Source: an uncultured virus (IMG/VR IMGVR_UViG_3300002161_000006) (Duplodnaviria > Heunggongvirae > Uroviricota > Caudoviricetes). From it: a DNA stretch of 20,000 nucleotides. This document shows positions 17,060-20,000 of this stretch, piece by piece. The stretch lies in the IMG/VR virus record IMGVR_UViG_3300002161_000006, positions 58,390-78,389 of that record; one strand, written 5' to 3'. Under the pieces are notes generated by a model. The model ran no database searches, was not told where the DNA came from, and saw nothing but the letters and a program-made list of their open reading frames with translations. Positions within the stretch are counted from its first letter, which is position 1. Each line of letters starts with the position of its first letter. The position numbers were made by a program, and so were the translations under genes.

Positions 17060-18675
17060 TAGAACTTCTTGCCAAACTGGGAGATAATCTGTGGCGCAGC
17101 GCTGTCAAATCCAGCAATGTCCAACTGTAGAGGATCATTTGGGTCAGAGACCGAAACATCTGTCACAGACGTGGCAATAATAACTTGACGTGTCTTGGGT
17201 GTGTCCATCTTGCGGCGATACTGCTTGAGCGCATCTGTTGCGTGGATTTGACCTGCCCACGTTTCATTGTCGGTGATGCTCACGAAGGTATCCACCTTCA
17301 TGCGATTTTCAAGCGCGTGGGTTGCTGGTAGAGAAAGATCGGTGCCGCCCCAGTTAAACTTCTGCATCTTCTTCAACACGGCATCTAGGCGCATGTTGGG
17401 GCTAATGTGCAATTCTGACATTTTGGTGTTGAAGCCACCAATCCAGTAGTTAGAATGATTTTTTACCACAGCAAGAGCCATCACAGCCGCTACTTCAGCC
17501 GCTGAAAGATTAGGAGAGCCATTTACTTTTACGCCAAACATTGAGGCAGAGCAATCAACGCCTAGGAGATAGGCTTCATCGCTCTTCTCACCCTGCTCAA
17601 AGGCCGCATAAAATGCATCGTCGAGCGCATCAACAATTCGCTGATTTGGCTTCCACTTTGCCTTGCTCTTTTCACCTTGACCGGCTGAATACTGCCTAAT
17701 CGCTTGAAGGAGCGTCAGTGGATGCACGCGCTGGTCACGAAGCGCATGTGTATTTGACAGTTTGCTGATTATCAAGTTGGAGCCTTCAGACAGTGGCGTC
17801 AGCACCCCATGAGAGGTCAGAATACCCAACTTGCGAATTACGGCAGTGAGACCCATATTGACAAGTAGCGCTGAGAGCACGTCCTTATCTGTCATCCACT
17901 TAGTGGGCACCATTTCCCAAGTAATATCCTTGTTGTCTGAAATGATGCGAAGCACTTCCTCACGCGAAGAGGAGGTCTTCAGTGTCTCAAAGTCCTGAAC
18001 GAGTTTTGGCAGCGCTTCGAGATTTGACTTCTTTCCAACTGCATATCCAAGTAAAGCCTCCTGCTCGGGAGATGTTGGCTTGGTATGTGAAAGACGTAGC
18101 ACGTCTCGGTGTGCCCACCCGTTTCGTGACTTGTACTTTAGCAGTTGAACAGCAAGGCGTTGAATGTCCTTGTCGTTATACCACTTAGCAATGCCCCTCT
18201 TTGCTGCAGCATTCCACTTGCCAAGAGCGTCAAGAATGGAGACAAACAGGAATAGCCAAGTGCCGGTGCGTGCAACCTTTGGGAGGGCATCATAGGCGGC
18301 TTCAATTGTCGCCGCGTTTCCATAAACCGCGGCTAGCGCGATGGCAACAACTGAGGTGTCGTTCTTGGGAGACCTGCCAGTAAGAGAATACTCCAGCGCA
18401 TGGCGCACTACTCGCACACCATCTTCGGCAATGCACGCCTTGATGGTATCAAAGCCCTGCTTAGTAATATCCTGCTGCGATGCATAGTAGGATGATTGCT
18501 CGCTGCCAATCAGGAGGAAGCGGTCAAGGACGCTCCACTTATCCAACTTGAAGGCAAAACCCCCAGCGTTGTTAAGTTTCATTTCACTCTCGCGGCCAGG
18601 GATGGGCTCAGCCTGCGTGGGGAGAGTGCTTGAAGGAGATGATGAGCGGGCGTATTGCGAGTAGATGCTTGACAT
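17059..18675 (-). CDS. rsr: Ro60/TROVE-domain RNA-binding protein with C-terminal vWA domain
   Basis: NNAGGFAF, LDRFLLIGS, RTGTWLF, LLKYKSRNGWAHRDVLRLSH, RVHP, MIDAS DCSASM, GGTD, TDNETW and IAGFD. Strong SD AAGGAG. Confidence 0.95.
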   Translation of the reverse strand: MSSIYSQYARSSSPSSTLPTQAEPIPGRESEMKLNNAGGFAFKLDKWSVLDRFLLIGSEQSSYYASQQDITKQGFDTIKACIAEDGVRVVRHALEYSLTGRSPKNDTSVVAIALAAVYGNAATIEAAYDALPKVARTGTWLFLFVSILDALGKWNAAAKRGIAKWYNDKDIQRLAVQLLKYKSRNGWAHRDVLRLSHTKPTSPEQEALLGYAVGKKSNLEALPKLVQDFETLKTSSSREEVLRIISDNKDITWEMVPTKWMTDKDVLSALLVNMGLTAVIRKLGILTSHGVLTPLSEGSNLIISKLSNTHALRDQRVHPLTLLQAIRQYSAGQGEKSKAKWKPNQRIVDALDDAFYAAFEQGEKSDEAYLLGVDCSASMFGVKVNGSPNLSAAEVAAVMALAVVKNHSNYWIGGFNTKMSELHISPNMRLDAVLKKMQKFNWGGTDLSLPATHALENRMKVDTFVSITDNETWAGQIHATDALKQYRRKMDTPKTRQVIIATSVTDVSVSDPNDPLQLDIAGFDSAAPQIISQFGKKF

Positions 18676-18696
18676 ACAATCTCCTTTTTAAAACTA

Positions 18697-18958
18697 TCAA
18701 AACGACAAAAACTAAGTTGGAAGTTCAGTGAATAAAACAATAAGTCCTAATCACCTACACCCATTTATTTCGTAATAGGTAACTCACGGATATTACGTTA
18801 TCCGACCGTCCATTTAATTCTCAGTTAAATGAAAAACCTATCCATTTTTTGGATAATGGCATCCTCTAATTTCCAGACTTATCTTTCAACTCGCGTGGAT
18901 TGATTAGAATTTCTATCACCATCATCGTTATGATAACCAACTTTAACGGTCGTTTTGA
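18697..18958 (-). ncRNA. Long Y-RNA-like ncRNA (about 262 nt)
   Basis: 10-bp terminal stem UCAAAACGAC/GUCGUUUUGA, bulged C, then G-U. 7-bp upper stem AAGUUGG/CCAACUU and a CCG-N8-GGUUAUC motif. Multiple internal hairpins. Lies immediately upstream of rsr. Confidence 0.75.
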
Positions 18959-18969
18959 AATAACTAGTA

Positions 18970-19086
18970 ATCTGAAACAAAACAGGTATGGGTGTAAGGA
19001 ATTAGCCAGTCCTTAACTTCTGCTTTCAGACTGCTATGCAGTCAGGCTATCCATTATATGATAACCATATCCTCACGGTTTCAGAT
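18970..19086 (-). ncRNA. Y-RNA-like ncRNA (about 117 nt)
   Basis: 9-bp terminal stem AUCUGAAAC/GUUUCAGAU, bulged C, then G-U. Upper stem AGG(A)UAUGG/CCAUACCU and a CCG-N9-GGUUAUC motif. Internal hairpins GACUGC/GCAGUC and UAAGGA/UCCUUA. Confidence 0.82.
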
Positions 19087-19107
19087 GTTTTCAACTTTGA
19101 TGAAGCA

Positions 19108-19136
19108 ATTCTACTATAGAAACAAACTACTGTAAA
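19108..19136 (-). promoter_or_regulatory. sigma70-type promoter for the Y RNA-rsr-DHFR unit
   Basis: TTTACA (19136-19131), a 17-nt spacer, then TAGAAT (19113-19108), ending 21 nt upstream of the first Y-RNA stem. Confidence 0.65.
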
Positions 19137-19158
19137 ACTGTTTATTCAGGTTGAAGTT

Positions 19159-19782
19159 TTATTCTTTCTTCTTAGTTAATCTAGCAAGAAGGGCAGCCTT
19201 GAATTTTGGTGCCTGCACCTTGTAAATTCCGTCAAAGGCTCTCGTGTAGTTTGACACAAGCCTATCAACCGGAGAAAGGTCTGCTCGCGTTTTTGCAGTT
19301 GCTGGCTCTGCTGACTTTAATCTTCCGGTGTATGGTGCCTTTCCCCCAGTGCTGTAGGAAGTGATGCTTGTAATTCTTCCACTCAGTAAAACACGGCGCC
19401 ATACTGCTTGACCCTGCTCATCTCCAAGTAGAGAGCCTTTCTTGCCCGTAAAGAGAAATGTGCCATTTTTCTCTTCACGCTTAGTTGTTTTCTCAACAAA
19501 TCCAATCTTCAAGAGTTTGGCATATTCTTCGCTTTCGCGCGCCTTCTTCATCGCAGGTGCAAGATCTTCAGTTGTTGCACCAATTTCTTCCAACCAATCT
19601 CCAGCGATACCAGTTATAATGCCCTGGCGGTTATAAATTCTATGGCCACCAGTGTCTGTCCATGCGCTGGCTCTTTGTGAACCATACGATGGTTCAGCAT
19701 ACCCACGCCGATTAGGTATCTTTTTTCCCTGAGCATCTTTTTTAGATGTGTAAAGTTCTAGTAGAAGTTCAGCAGCTTTCAT
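19159..19782 (-). CDS. Hypothetical basic protein (207 aa)
   Basis: Long ORF on the same strand as its neighbours. No family recognised. Confidence 0.7.
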   Translation of the reverse strand: MKAAELLLELYTSKKDAQGKKIPNRRGYAEPSYGSQRASAWTDTGGHRIYNRQGIITGIAGDWLEEIGATTEDLAPAMKKARESEEYAKLLKIGFVEKTTKREEKNGTFLFTGKKGSLLGDEQGQAVWRRVLLSGRITSITSYSTGGKAPYTGRLKSAEPATAKTRADLSPVDRLVSNYTRAFDGIYKVQAPKFKAALLARLTKKKE

Positions 19783-19852
19783 GTTATTTCCGGTCTGACC
19801 GGTCTGAATTAATTATAACTGTAGCCTGTCTATCAATTTCAGGTGCCTGACC

Positions 19853-19999
19853 TTACGCCACACGGGGCTTAGGATCGCGTGGGCTAGGTGCACTGATATA
19901 TTTTGATTTCCTGTCGAGAGGAACTGCTTTACCTGTAATGTCTCTAGTTGCGTGACCTGCGATTGCCTTTATTTTTCCTTGTTGAGCTAATTTTGATGC
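19853..19999 (-). CDS. 3' end of a basic hypothetical protein running off the window
   Basis: Open frame ASKLAQQGKIKAIAGHATRDITGKAVPLDRKSKYISAPSPRDPKPRVA* from the window edge. Confidence 0.4.
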   Translation of the reverse strand, partial: ASKLAQQGKIKAIAGHATRDITGKAVPLDRKSKYISAPSPRDPKPRVA

Positions 20000-20000
20000 C

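Noticed and set aside
18676..19158. CRISPR array, tRNA genes or simple terminators in the non-coding gap
   Set aside because: There are no regularly spaced repeats and no canonical cloverleaf with a TTCRA T-loop. The pairing pattern is better explained by two Y-like RNAs.
19790..19850. CCGGTCTGA tandem duplication, TCAGG/CCTGA inverted repeat and a TTGATA...TATAAT promoter-like pair
   Set aside because: The repeats are too short to interpret, and the -35/-10 spacing is only 13 nt.

Overview
The window looks like part of a large, probably T4-related or jumbo, tailed-phage genome and has two convergent blocks. The + strand block (1-10168) holds the 3' part of a long tail-fibre gene ending in a peptidase-S74 intramolecular chaperone, three tandem glycine-rich gp38-like adhesin paralogues, two hypothetical genes and a His-box fatty-acid desaturase. 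The - strand block (10165-20000), in transcription order, holds a hypothetical gene, a sigma70-type promoter, two tandem Y-RNA-like ncRNAs, Ro60/TROVE (rsr), a coupled divergent DHFR, small ORFs, a membrane ORF plus bactofilin, and a prkA(yeaG)-yeaH-spoVR(ycgB) module with two small inserted ORFs. The strongest unannotated signal is the 480-nt 'intergenic' region upstream of Ro60. It folds into two RNAs of about 117 and 262 nt, each with the Ro-binding bulged-C stem and the CCG-N8/9-GGUUAUC Y-RNA motif. The longer one carries an unusually large multi-hairpin domain. All calls come from reading motifs by eye; no database searches or folding programs were run.
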